Source: Eledone cirrhosa (Eukaryota). Taken from it: a stretch of DNA of 40,024 nt. The notes beneath the pieces are model-generated. The model was not told the origin of the DNA. It saw only the letters and a list, made by a program, of their open reading frames with translations, and did no database searches. The stretch is from positions 1 to 40,024 of the forward strand of contig CAXHJY010001144.1 in the NCBI GenBank assembly GCA_964016885.1, given 5' to 3'. Shown piece after piece: positions 13,299-24,672 of the stretch. The stretch's first letter is position 1, and the number at the start of each line of letters is the position of its first letter. Made by a program: the position numbers and the translations under genes.

Positions 13299-13763
13299 TA
13301 TAAACAAATATGAAGTGTAGACTCGGCCAGATTTAGATTTGTGGTGATTTCCAAAGAACTAAAGGAGAAGAACATGGCTTCATTAGTTATTGTAACATGA
13401 TGACAACGGTCTGTAAATCTCATCCATATTTTTAGCACTTAATTTTCTACTGTTGAAATGTTGTGTTTGGTGTTGTCGTCAGGTGTCGCTAATGTAGTTA
13501 ATGATTGACGACAGTAAGTACTGTGAAAATGCTAAAATACTAGTGAATGTTTCTAGGGGAAGCACAGGGGTCGCAGATGTGACAGAGAGAGATGGGGGGG
13601 GGGCAGTGAGTGAATGGTAAGCTAATAGATATTTTTGTTAGTTCTTATCTCGTTTTGTAGGGAGGCAGGTGTCGAGTTTGACTCAACGTTTTGATATCAT
13701 AGATAGATATATACATAGAGATAGACATACGGATAGATTAGTGAGAGAGAGAGAGAGAGAGAT

Positions 13764-13821
<58 letters not shown>

Positions 13822-14029
13822 AGAGAATGAGAGTGAGGGAGAGAGGGAGAGAGAGACAGAGGGAGTGAGAGGTTGAGAGGAAGTGATGAGAGAGAGAAAA
13901 AAAATTAAATACATAAGTCAGCAAAGACTCAACAACAACAACAAAAAGGGCTCGGAATAGAGGCTGAAGCAGATAATTAGGGGATAGATAAAGACTTACA
14001 ATATATGATGGGAGAGAGATGTGTGTGGG

Positions 14030-15435
14030 GGAAGAGAGGGAGAGTGTGTATGTGTGAAGAGAGGAAGGGTGTGTGTGTGAAGAGAGGAAGGGTGTGTGTG
14101 TGAAGAGAGGAAGGGTGTGTGTGTGTGTGAAGAGAGTAAGGGTGTGTGTGTGTGAAGAGAGGAAGGGGGTGTGTGTGTGAAGAGGAGAGGGGGTGTGTGT
14201 GAAGAGAGGAAGGGTGTGTGTGTGTGAAGAGAGGAAGGGTGTATGTGTGAAGAGAGGAAGGGTGTGTGTGTGTGAAGAGAGGGAGGGTGTGTGTGTGTGA
14301 AGAGAGGAAGGGGGTGTGTGTGTGAAGAGAGGAAGGGTGTGTGTGTGAAGAGAGGAAGGGGGTGTGTGTGTGAAGAGGAGAGGGGCTGTGTGTGAAGAGA
14401 GGAAGGGTGTGTGTGTGTGTGAAGAGAGGGAGGGTGTGTGTGTGTGAAGAGAGGAAGGGTGTGTGTGTGTGAAGAGAGGAAGGGGGGGTGAAGAGAGGAA
14501 GGGTGTGTGTGTGAAGAGAGGAAGGGTGTGTGTGTGTGAAGAGAGGGAGGGTGTGTGTGTGTGAAGAGAGGAAGGGGGGAGGGGGTGAAGAGAGAGAGGG
14601 TGTGTGTGTGTGAAGAGAGGAAGGGTGTGTGTGTGAAGAGAGGAAGGGTGTGTGTGTGTGAAGAGAGGAAGGGTGTGTGTGTGTGAAGAGAGGAAGGGTG
14701 TGTGTGTGTGAAGAGAGGGAGGGTGTGTGTGTGAAGAGAGGAAGGGTGTGTGTGTGTGAAGAGAGGAAGGGTGTGTGTGTGTGAAGAGAGGGAGGGTGTG
14801 TGTGTGAAGAGAGAGGGTGTGTGTGTGAAGAGAGGAAGGGTGCGTGTGTGTGAAGAGAGGAAGGGAGTGTGTGTGTGAAGAGAGGAAGGGTGTGTGTGTG
14901 TGAAGAGAGGAAGGGTGTGTGTGAAGAGAGGAAGGGAGTGTGTGTGTGAAGAGAGGAGGGGGGAGGAAGGGTGTGTGTGTGTGAAGAGAGGGAGGGTATG
15001 TGTGTGTGTGAAGAGAGGAAGGGGGGGTGAAGAGAGGAAGGGTGTGTGTGTGAAGGGAGGAAGGGAGTGTGTGAGTGAAGAGAGGAAGGGTGTGTGTGTG
15101 TGAAGAGAGGGAGGGTGTGTGTGTGTGAAAAGAGGGAGGGTGTGTGTGTGTGAAGAGAGGAAGGGTGTGTGTGTGTGAAGAGAGGAAGGGTGTGTGTGTG
15201 TGTGAAGAGAGGGAGTGTGTGTGTGTGTGAAGAGAGGAAGGGAGTGTGTGTGTGAAGAGAGGGAGGGTGTGTGTGTGTGAAGAGAGGGAGGGTGTGTGTG
15301 TGTGAAGAGAGGAAGGGTGTGTGTGTGTGAAGAGAAGAAGGGTGTGTGTGTGTGAAGAGAGGAAGGGGGTGTGTGTGTGAAGAGAGGAAGGGTGTGTGTG
15401 TGTGAAGAGAGGAAGGGTGTGTGTGTGAAGAGAGA
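14030..15435. repeat. ~20-24-bp minisatellite (GT)n-GAAGAGAGGAAGG, about 60 copies
   Basis: Read directly; flanked by (GA)n. Confidence 0.95.
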
Positions 15436-15804
15436 GACAGAGAGAGAGAGTGAATAGAGAGAGTGTGTTGTGAAGAAAGAGAGAGAGTGAGTGTATGTGA
15501 GAACAGAGAGAGTGGAGAGAGAGAGAAGGGGTACAAGGAAGGAAGTGGGGTTTTAATGACATCACATTCAGTGAAGGAAATAGATGGGAAATGAAGTCAG
15601 ATTTAGGGAGGTATTATATATAAGAAAGATAAAAAAAAAAAGAAGGGAGAGATAAAAGGGATCTTATGGGTACACGGATAACTCGGTCAACGAAAGGGGG
15701 ACGGGTATGTGTGAGTGTGTGTATGTATGTGCGTATGTATGTGTCTACGTACTTACCTAATACATATGTGCTATGAATTTCGGTGGGGATCGGATGAAAT
15801 CGGA

Positions 15805-16060
15805 GTTGGATTTAGACCTTAGGGGGAGGGGACTTCGGGTTTGGTGGGGGGGGGGGGCTCATACACAAAAAAATAGAATACACAGCACCCCACTCCCTTC
15901 CCCAGTTTTACATATCAAAGTTAGCTTGGCGCAAGTAATTGGAATTGATAAATAGTCATACAATATAGTTATTAAATTAAAAGATTCTAACCATCCTAAA
16001 ACTAAAAAGCCCAGCCCAACTGAGAGCACAAATACATTTCTACGGCTGTCGTTGGTGCCC
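15805..16060 (+). mobile_element. Decayed hAT-like MITE, homologous to 25369-25641
   Basis: Shared GTTGGATTTAGACC...TTTTACATATCAAAGT.AGCTTGG...GCACAAATA. Confidence 0.6.
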
Positions 16061-16529
16061 TTCCCTCACTGCATAATACACTGGGTAATTGTTGGCCTTG
16101 TGCCAAAAGTAGAAACAATTATTATATATTCAAAACAACGAACAACGGAGGACGCGTTTCGCACCTTTCCGACAGACAACCTCCCCCCCCCCCCCCGGAA
16201 AAAACGCCAGTTGATGGATGTGAATCCGAAATATATAGGGACAATTAAATCTCTCCCAAGGTAACTCTTTCTCGTGTTGTTATTTTTATTTTTGTCCTTT
16301 ACGCTCTTTGCTTCATTCCTCTACACGTTACAGTCTTATACACGTCACGCATCTCAACGTACACCCACTTACATCTCTCTCTCCACCACCGGATCTTGTT
16401 ACCCGGAGATTTACCCATCTGCATTGTCGAGGCTTCCAAACGACTTAAAAAAATTTACCTAATTATTATATGTTATTTTATTTCGTTTGCATTCTGAAGT
16501 ACGCGAATTCGCTTTAAGACGTCTTCAAA

Positions 16530-16667
16530 GAGTTACGGCCCTTTATGGTCTGAGTTCAAATCCCGCCGAGGTTAACTTTGCCTTTCATCCTTACGGGGTC
16601 GATAAAATAAAGTACCAGTAATGCACTGGGTAATTGCTGGCCTTGTGCCAAAGGTAGAAACAATTAT
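16530..16667 (+). mobile_element. tRNA-derived SINE family A, 5'-truncated
   Basis: Shared core and tail. Confidence 0.85.
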
Positions 16668-16880
16668 AAGAGCGCTACGGAGATTCATAACAGGCGCCTA
16701 ACACCCCTTTAACAACAGAAAATTGAAAAATAAAAGCTGCAGTTAATACCTTTAGACCGCAAGGAATATATAAATGCAAGTTTGAAGTCAATCGGAGTAG
16801 AAATGTGGATTTGTATAGACTTTGCAAAAATGAGGACACACACACACACAGACAACTACAGTTTTATATATATATAGAGA
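16668..16880 (-). mobile_element. Possible short Helitron-like element
   Basis: Minus strand begins TCTCTATATATATAAAACTG followed by (TG)n, resembling the 5' end of the Helitron at 8934; no canonical CTAG end. Confidence 0.4.
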
Positions 16881-17153
16881 TAAGCAAAAAAGAAGAAATC
16901 GAAAATGCAACTGGAGTCTTTTTAAGAATGTTTATTTGTTTCTTTTACCGGTTTCACAGTTCTTATGGTTTTCAAAAGCCTCCATCTCAATTCTACTTTT
17001 GAAAAGTATAAGCTTGTGAAACTGGTAAAGGAAATAAATAAATATTCTTAAAAAGACTCCAGTTACATTTTCGATTTCATCTTTTTTCCTTATACTTTCA
17101 CTCGTGTAGGACATCTCGTTTTTATTTCATTTTGAAAAAAAAACTCCTTTTCT
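16880..17153. mobile_element. Older fold-back Penelope-like remnant with atypical HHR-like motif
   Basis: Diverged inverted arms 16880-16978 / 16996-17093 plus ~60-bp tail; arms read TTGAAAA...GAAACCGGTA (left) or GAAACTGGTA (right). Confidence 0.6.
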
Positions 17154-17520
17154 TATATATATATATGTTGGAGGCAGTTGCTTCTAACAGGATCCACTGG
17201 AAGGTAGTGATTTATAACTAATCCCAATACCCTGCTTCCATTACTCTGAACACCATATTTGTTGGTTACAATACTCGAATGTATTTATGATATCCGTCTC
17301 TGGTTCGAGTATTTTTTTCCCTCATATATTTATCGTCTTCTCCACGATTCTGATCTCAACCTATCGGAAATTACTTTTTCAGGAAAGGGAGTTTGCTTCC
17401 TACCCTTTTAGTTATTGCTCGCACTGACTCTGAGGTATCTGATCTTTAATGCGAAGAAATACCGATGATAGTCAGAAGATCACTGATGATGGACAGTCCT
17501 CTTTCTTGCTCTATTTTTTA

Positions 17521-17591
<71 letters not shown>

Positions 17592-17645
17592 ATTTATATA
17601 TATACGATATTAAACAAATGGAAACTATATTTATAAAACCATATT

Positions 17646-17711
17646 TATTTCATTATATATATTTCAGGGATACCATATTAAAAATATGGCATGCCTTCTT
17701 CAGATAAAATA
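17646..17711 (-). ncRNA. Type I hammerhead ribozyme motif (left arm)
   Basis: Mirror of 17904-17969, with stem III ATATATAT. Confidence 0.85.
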
Positions 17712-17903
17712 CAATATATAAGCAGTTTTATAAATAAATTTGACGTACCATAAATATTGATCAACTTCCATTTAAAAAGTTGGTTTGGTAGTGAAATGTT
17801 TGTAAATATTTACAAACATTTCACTACCAAACCAACTTTTTAAATGGAAGTTGATCAATATTTATGGTACGTCAAATTTATTTATAAAACTGCTTATATA
17901 TTG

Positions 17904-17969
17904 TATTTTATCTGAAGAAGGCATGCCATATTTTTAATATGGTATCCCTGAAATATGTATAATGAAATA
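17904..17969 (+). ncRNA. Type I hammerhead ribozyme motif (right arm)
   Basis: TATTTTAT-CTGAAGA-AGGCATGCCATATT TTT AATATGGTATCCCT-GAA-ATATGTAT-A-ATGAAATA. Confidence 0.85.
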
Positions 17970-18106
17970 AATATGGTTTTATAAATATAGTTTCCATTTG
18001 TTTAATATCGTATATCTACTCCAAAACTTGTTGAGTGCTTTATATCAGTTATAAAATATTTACTCGTTGTAACCCAACAATTTTAAATAAAACTTTTGCA
18101 TATATT

Positions 18107-18175
<69 letters not shown>

Positions 18176-18252
18176 ATTTATATATATATATTTATATATA
18201 TATATTTATATATATATTTATATATATATATATTTATATATATATATATATA

Positions 18253-18394
18253 TTTTTAGTCCAGAATTACCCGTCGAAACGGCTTGAGCTCAGCCGTCGA
18301 CGTCCTACTCGTTCCTATTACCCACTCTACTACCCTAAGTATTGAGTACTTTGGTGCGTTATGGTCCATCTGGTTCCTTACCACATTTCCTTCG

Positions 18395-18397
<3 letters not shown>
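18253..18397 (+). mobile_element. ~145-bp repeat carrying the 3' half of a hammerhead (copy A)
   Basis: Near-identical inverted copy at 20804-20948; GAA-ACGGC TTGAGCTCA GCCGT-C; TA arrays on both sides. Confidence 0.7.
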
Positions 18398-18438
<41 letters not shown>

Positions 18439-18529
18439 CACTATATAAAACAATCAAATCATAGTTTAATACATTTAATTGCTGACAATTTCTTCCAGAC
18501 GAATGTCTATATATATGTATATTCTATAT

Positions 18530-18666
<137 letters not shown>

Positions 18667-18986
18667 TTGTGTGTGTATAAATATATATGTATATATGTGT
18701 GTGTTGTAGGTGGCTTGAGTGCCTTCATTCACTATCCGTTGTATAAAAATATATCTCACACATTAAACTCTTTTGTAACAATACTAAAACCGTGTTTGTA
18801 CATAATCATTTGTAAACTTGTTATCACTTAATTTTATGATTTACAATATAGCTATCTTTATTTTATTCTATTTTATTATATTCTTTGTGTGATTTCACCC
18901 CACCCTGAAGTTTTTGCTTTAATTTCTGGCTTTTTTTTTTATTTTCCCAAGATAAAAATGTATCACCTTGTTCGTACACGTTTTAG

Positions 18987-19259
18987 GATAACACCACATC
19001 ACTTACTGCCGACCCCAGGCCCTTCCAAAGATCTCCGGTCAATTCAAATGCTATTCCAATGTGGGGACCCGACAAAATGGGCAGCTATGTGGACGATACT
19101 TTCAGTAAGATGCCCCCCAGGCCATCAAATTCTTCTGCAAGTACGGACCTGTTTCTTCTAGAACAACAGATGCAGAAAATGCAAGATGATGTGTTTGAGA
19201 TGACTCGTCGCTTCCATGAAGGAACTTTGGAGAAAACCAACTCTGTGGAAACAGAGTAG
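18987..19259 (+). CDS. Probable terminal coding exon of an unidentified host gene (90 aa)
   Basis: TTTTAG acceptor at 18981-18986, then an open frame DNTTSLTADPRPFQRSP...DLFLLEQQMQKMQDDVFEMTRRFHEGTLEKTNSVETE*. Non-repetitive, higher GC, AATAAA at ~19485. Confidence 0.6.
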   Translation, partial: DNTTSLTADPRPFQRSPVNSNAIPMWGPDKMGSYVDDTFSKMPPRPSNSSASTDLFLLEQQMQKMQDDVFEMTRRFHEGTLEKTNSVETE

Positions 19260-19772
19260 ATCCAACAGTAAAAGGTAGTACGATATCGATGAATCGATGC
19301 TTGAAAAAACACTGAAGATCTAACGAATTCGAAAATATAACTGCATGAGCCATTTTGTTGTATTTTTAAAGAAAATCCCTATAACCCATTGAATTGAAAA
19401 CCGTGTGAGAAATTGCATCTTTTCCTCTATCTCGTCTCCCAAAAACTAAAACGTAATTGTCCATAGTGATAATGTGGTGTGGTAAATAAATATATATATA
19501 TATATACATACACACCAAGTCCGAACACAATGGAACCAAACTCCCACTGTCACTTCTTCCATCTCTCACTATTATTGTCCTTTATAGAAGTTTAGAAAAG
19601 CTATTTTGATACTGAATTTCTTCCTAGAATGAAAAGAAAAATGATATCGCAGTTATAAAAACCTGAAACCAAAGTAACAATCTCTGATCTTAACTTTAAA
19701 TGTTGATCATTTATCTATTCCATAGACGAATCCCTGCATGTATATCTCTATTTATTTATTTATGTATATATA

Positions 19773-19875
19773 CAGTTGTGCCCCGGTATTCGCAGGGGTT
19801 ACGTTCCTAGAACACCCGCGAAGGGTGAAAAACCGCAAATAACCGGGACTGACTGCGAATGTCGAGGGTACACTA
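19773..19875. mobile_element. Tigger/pogo-like MITE (~100 bp)
   Basis: Imperfect TIR CAGTTGTGCCCCGGTATTCGCAG / CTGCGAATGTCGAGGGTACACTA, TA flanks. Confidence 0.65.
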
Positions 19876-19879
19876 TATA

Positions 19880-19935
<56 letters not shown>

Positions 19936-19937
<2 letters not shown>

Positions 19938-20120
19938 AAGAGTCAGGACCCCGACGGCTGAGCTCCGGCCGTTTCGACTGCTAGATCCGAATTTCGCATC
20001 TAGCTGTCGAAACGGCCGACTCTTTTCCTATTATCCACTCTACTACCCTAAGTATCGAATACTCTAGTGCGTATATCCACCTGATATCTTACCACGCCTT
20101 CTTTGTTATATAACAAAGAA
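19936..20120. mobile_element. Diverged fold-back copy of the 18253-18397 family
   Basis: Inverted GGCCGTTTCGACTGCTAGAT / ATCTAGCTGTCGAAACGGCC, shared CCACTCTACTACCCTAAGTAT, terminal 22-bp palindrome at 20099-20120. Confidence 0.65.
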
Positions 20121-20390
20121 TATAAACGGAAAAAATGAAACGATATTTCATTTCCCACTCTTAGTACGACTGTTACTTAAATATAAGTATGTACACGTAC
20201 ATACATATATGTATACCGACGTACAGTAGTATGTATATATATATATACATACATGCACACATATATATATGCACGTATGGATTCACCGAACATTTATTAT
20301 AATGCTCGGTGTGTTTGTAAACAAACATCCCGTATTAAGCCGTAGTGTCTAGCAACCACCGTTGCTCGTTTGTTCAACACTGACAAAGGA

Positions 20391-20433
20391 ACGCTGTACT
20401 AGTTTCAAGCTTGTTAGCTATCGTCAGCAACGT
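20391..20433 (-). ncRNA. Minimal type I hammerhead ribozyme motif
   Basis: Minus: ACGTTG-CTGACGA-T AGCT AACA AGCT T-GAA-ACTAGT-A-CAGCGT. Confidence 0.8.
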
Positions 20434-20462
20434 ATACCTTATATATATATATATATGAGAAA

Positions 20463-20521
<59 letters not shown>

Positions 20522-20527
<6 letters not shown>

Positions 20528-20706
20528 GGTAACACAACAGTTAGTTTACCATACCGAGAACAATTATTTCACTTTAGCGGATCTTTAGCTCGGACATATT
20601 GTGAAACAATTGTTCTCGGTATGGTGAACTCACTGTTGTGTTACCACTTCTACCTAACATGGACTGAGTGCTCTACCACTACGGATATTACCTTCCAGTG
20701 TTCTAC
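20522..20706. mobile_element. Fold-back element: 51-bp arms, 28-bp spacer, ~55-bp tail
   Basis: 20522-20572 versus 20601-20651 (3 mismatches); the right arm begins GT-GAA-ACAATTGT-T, the 3' half of a hammerhead. Confidence 0.65.
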
Positions 20707-20762
20707 CTCTCTCTCTCTCCCTATATATATATATATAAAGTCACTCAGTGTATATATATACA

Positions 20763-20803
<41 letters not shown>

Positions 20804-20806
<3 letters not shown>

Positions 20807-21029
20807 CGAAGGAAATGTGGTAAGGAACCAGATGGACCATAACGCACCAAAGTACTCAATACTTAGGGTAGTAGAGTGGGTAATAGGAACGAGTAGGACC
20901 CCGACGGCTGAGCTCAAGCCGTTTCGACGGCTAATTTTGGACTAAAAAAAAAAAAATTTTTTTTTTTTCTTTTAGTCCAAAATTAGTCGTCGAAACGGCT
21001 TGAGCTCAGCCGTCGGGGTCCTACTCGTT

Positions 21030-21034
<5 letters not shown>
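20804..21034. mobile_element. Fold-back pair of the 18253 family, joined by poly(A)/poly(T)
   Basis: Full copy on minus strand at 20804-20948, short inverted copy at 20970-21034, centre A13 T12. Confidence 0.75.
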
Positions 21035-21078
<44 letters not shown>

Positions 21079-21476
21079 TGTATATATATTCACTCAGTTA
21101 CTTTAGTATTAAGACCTCGTAATCAGCTGTCGAAACATTCCTCAAATGACGTTGACATTAACACTGATCATCTTTTTCATAGATAAAATCTCGCATGTAT
21201 TTTACTATTTATATATTTATTTATTCATATATTTATTCGATGAGTTGGCTTTAATAATAGTTAAAGCCAGCGAATTTGGGAGAAGAGCAATGCTGTTTAA
21301 CCTTTTAGCACTTAAACCGGCTGCATCTCGCCAGATCTCTCTCACATGCTTTCCTTAAGTATTGACATCTCAGTTGAATAATGTTTTAACTAGTAACATC
21401 TCATCTATATGGCTTACTACCACTACTACACATGTTTTCTCCATTTGTTCTTGTTTTCCATCTTTTTAAATTTTAT

Positions 21477-21780
21477 TTTACTCTCGTTTGTCTTCCCTTC
21501 TTTCTCTGCTCTTTCCAATGAAGAACCAACGTCCGAATGTCCTTGTTTTCTATTCTTTTTTTTAATTTTACTCTCGTTTGACATCCCTTTTTCTCTTCTC
21601 TCTTCTCTCTTCTCTATATCTATCTTCCGATGAAGAAGCTATGTCCGAAACATTAAGGCGGTTTTTTTTTTGGTCTTTGTTTTCCAATTTTTATTTATTT
21701 TACTCTCGTTTGACAACCCTTTTTCTCTTCTCTATATCTGCCTTCCGATGAAGAACCAACGTCCGAAACGATAAGACGTT
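21477..21780 (+). repeat. Three tandem 90-130-bp units, each with a decayed hammerhead
   Basis: Units start TTTTACTCTCGTTTG; cores CCAATGA/CCGATGA...GTCCGAA resemble 6693-6728. Confidence 0.65.
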
Positions 21781-22096
21781 TTTTTTTTTCTTCTTCTAAT
21801 ATCTTATATACATTACACTAATATACCATTATTGCAATATGTTCACTTGTACACTTTATTTTTTCATGTGTGTGATTTATATAGATAGACTGCCGCCATG
21901 CTGGGAATAAACTATGATTGTTTATTTTTTTATTTTTGTTTTATTTTATTTTATTTATTATTATTATTTTTTATTTTTTTTTTTTTTATAAATTGAAATT
22001 TCAAATAAGTTTGCTTTCAATATATCTATCTCCCTTTCATTCTCTATCCACACACACACGCGCGCAAACGCGCACACACACACACATACACACACA

Positions 22097-22167
<71 letters not shown>

Positions 22168-22230
22168 ATAATTGAGTAAAATGATAGGACGCCGGATTGG
22201 CGAAATTCTTTCAAAGTTTTATTCCTGCAA

Positions 22231-22288
22231 ACACTATATACATTTCAGTGGCATGGTTACGTAGGGTACTGGTGACATCATCAGGTGT
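22231..22288 (-). ncRNA. Type I hammerhead motif with eroded stem II
   Basis: Minus: ACAC-CTGATGA-TGTCAC...GCCACT-GAA-ATGTATAT-A-GTGT. Confidence 0.6.
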
Positions 22289-22376
22289 ATGTTGCAGGCA
22301 GGAAGTGGGGGGGGCGTCATGCTATCCAGTCATCTCATCCTTGGCGTCGGGCCTGTGTGTGTGTGTACGTGTGTAT

Positions 22377-22428
<52 letters not shown>

Positions 22429-22539
22429 TGTGTGTGTGTGTGTCTAGTTCAAGGAGACAACAAACAGAGGTACAAAAGTCTTATTAGTTTCATGCTTTAT
22501 ATGGAAAAGCGGAAGTGTGTATGTATGTATGTGTGCATG

Positions 22540-22618
<79 letters not shown>

Positions 22619-22624
<6 letters not shown>

Positions 22625-22766
22625 GGTAAACAGAAATAACAACACAATCGGTACAGTATATGGAAGGGGTATATTAGGTTAACGCTTGATATAGCAGGAG
22701 AGGGTCTTAACGTTTCGGACGCTAGTCCTTCATCAGAAGAAAGAATGAGAAATCAGATAGATTGAG
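22619..22766 (-). mobile_element. ~150-bp HHR-bearing repeat, copy 2
   Basis: Reverse complement of 6667-6815; runs into (CA)n on its own strand. Confidence 0.75.
22705..22740 (-). ncRNA. Minimal type I hammerhead ribozyme motif
   Basis: Identical to 6693-6728. Confidence 0.8.
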
Positions 22767-22972
22767 GGGACGGGTGCATTGGAATTGGAAAAAAATGTAT
22801 TTAGATAAAAACAACAGATCCATTCATGTTGACATCTCTTGAAAAACTTGGTACTCAAACTAGAAGTACAACGAAATAAATAAAACCTGTCGCAATAGCT
22901 AAAATTAAAGTTTACTATTTCAGTTTCTGACATGATTTTAACAACTTGTATGAAATATTATTCAGTAGCCTA

Positions 22973-23197
22973 GGGTGGTGGATTGGCAGAATCGGTAGGG
23001 CGTCGGACAACGTGCTTTGCGGCATAAGGTCAAAGCCCTTTACGATCTGAATTAAAATCCTGCTGAGGTTAGCTTTGCCTTTCATCCTTACGAGGTCGAT
23101 AAAATAAAGTCAAAGTTATGCACTGGAGTCGATTTAATCGATTTTCCCCTCCCCTACAATGTTTGGCCTTGCATCTAAATCAGAAACCGAGATTATT
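22973..23197 (+). mobile_element. tRNA-derived SINE family A
   Basis: Full head, core and tail. Confidence 0.85.
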
Positions 23198-24224
23198 TAG
23201 TAGCCTAATAGTTGTTTATTTTACTTATCTATGTCTCTATGTGTTATCTTCTTCCAACCTCCAAGTTCATGTTTTTTTTTTTTGTTATCTAAAATAAAAT
23301 ATAAAAGAAATTAAAATAAAGGAGAACTTTAAGACTTCCGTATTCCTTTTTCATTTGTTTTCGAGGGTATTTAACATAAACACTTGGTTGTCCAAGATAT
23401 GAAGACATAATAATCTACTCTATCTATCTATTCTCTCCCCTTACTACTTACACTCTTACATTTTATTGGGCCTGCAGGTAAGTTAGACAAGAGCTGAAAC
23501 GGTATATTACCACAAGAAAATTCTCACCGCTTCAATTAAGAGGTTAGAACTCTATTATTCGCGTCTCTTTAATTCTTTCTTTCTCTTTTATTTTATTTTG
23601 ATTATTTCGTTTTCATTAATTATAATTAAGAAATTGTACGTAAATTTGGATGTATGTTTGACATTTAAAAAAAATATGGTTTGGTTACGGTTGAATCAAA
23701 GAAATGTTGTTAATGGAGGTGTATAGACCATTAATATTGTCTTTTATCAACAGTTATGGCATTAAACTAGCTATGACCCATATGTCGCACCATGTTGTAG
23801 CTTATTAAATATTTTGTTTCTTTCTGAAGCAATTAAGGAAACAGTTTCATTGGTATTCATTCAGAAATTCTAGCCAAAAGTTGTTCCAGACTGAGAAAAA
23901 GTTTGCTCTATTTAAAATAACTCTTTAACGTTTGGTATTACCCATTAAGACCTTGCATATATGTATACGTTTTATAATCTTATGGCTGCTGTCGTTGGAC
24001 CGCCGTCGTTACCGACAACGTGCGTTCTTGTATGTATATAGTATGGACCCCTAACCTTAAGGGAGTGATAGGGGCGCCATATTGACATACAGCATTTCTA
24101 GAGCTTTTTTTTTTTTTATAAACCTGGTGGATCCCACCTCCTCTCCAGGTTTGAATACAGTATACTTCTTCCAGAGAAAGATAGCGAGGGAGAGGATGGA
24201 AGCGAGAAAGAGATACGGAGGAAG

Positions 24225-24453
24225 AATCGACCCCAGTACTAGACTGGTACTGTATTTTATCGATCTTGAAAGTATGAAAGGCAAAGTTAACCTCAGTGGG
24301 ATTTTAACCCAGAGAACAGAGGGTCGTAACATACTGCAAAGCATCATAAGCAGAGGGTTGTAACATACTGCAAAGCGTCCTAAGCAGAGGGTCGTAACAT
24401 ACTGCAAAGCATCCTATCCGACGTTCTAAAGACTCAGCCAATTCACCACGCCA
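24225..24453 (-). mobile_element. SINE related to family A, with three 34-bp internal repeats
   Basis: Shared core on minus strand; CAGAGGGT(C/T)GTAACATACTGCAAAGC occurs three times. Confidence 0.7.
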
Positions 24454-24672
24454 CCTACGTACGTGCATGAATGGACAAGTAACTCCCGCTGGAGTCGTAG
24501 TGACATACAGCATATTGTTGGCATTTAAAACAACATCTAGCAGGGCTCCCCCATCCTCTCTTCAGGTGTAAACACGGTCGATTCCTTCGAGAAAGAGAAA
24601 GGAAGTGAGAGAGAGAGAGATAGAGAGGAAGACCTGTACTGATAATATTTTATTTTTTCATTGATCTCGAAA

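Larger units (their letters stand above)
17600..18098. mobile_element. 416-bp spacerless palindrome (Penelope-like inverted pLTRs) plus ~83-bp tail
   Basis: 17600-17807 is the reverse complement of 17808-18015; I found one mismatch (17658/17957). Confidence 0.8.

Noticed and set aside
13697-15565. 622-aa and 519-aa HT/SL-rich ORFs
   Set aside because: Translation of the minisatellite.
17482-17500. CTGATGA followed by GGAC/GTCC (similar CTGANGA cases at 19312 and 26446)
   Set aside because: No correctly placed GAAA plus stem III.
24080-24575. Two related GACATACAGC...CTCT(C/T)CAGG segments resembling minus-strand HHRs
   Set aside because: Core or GAAA is mutated and the stems are unpaired; at most relics.
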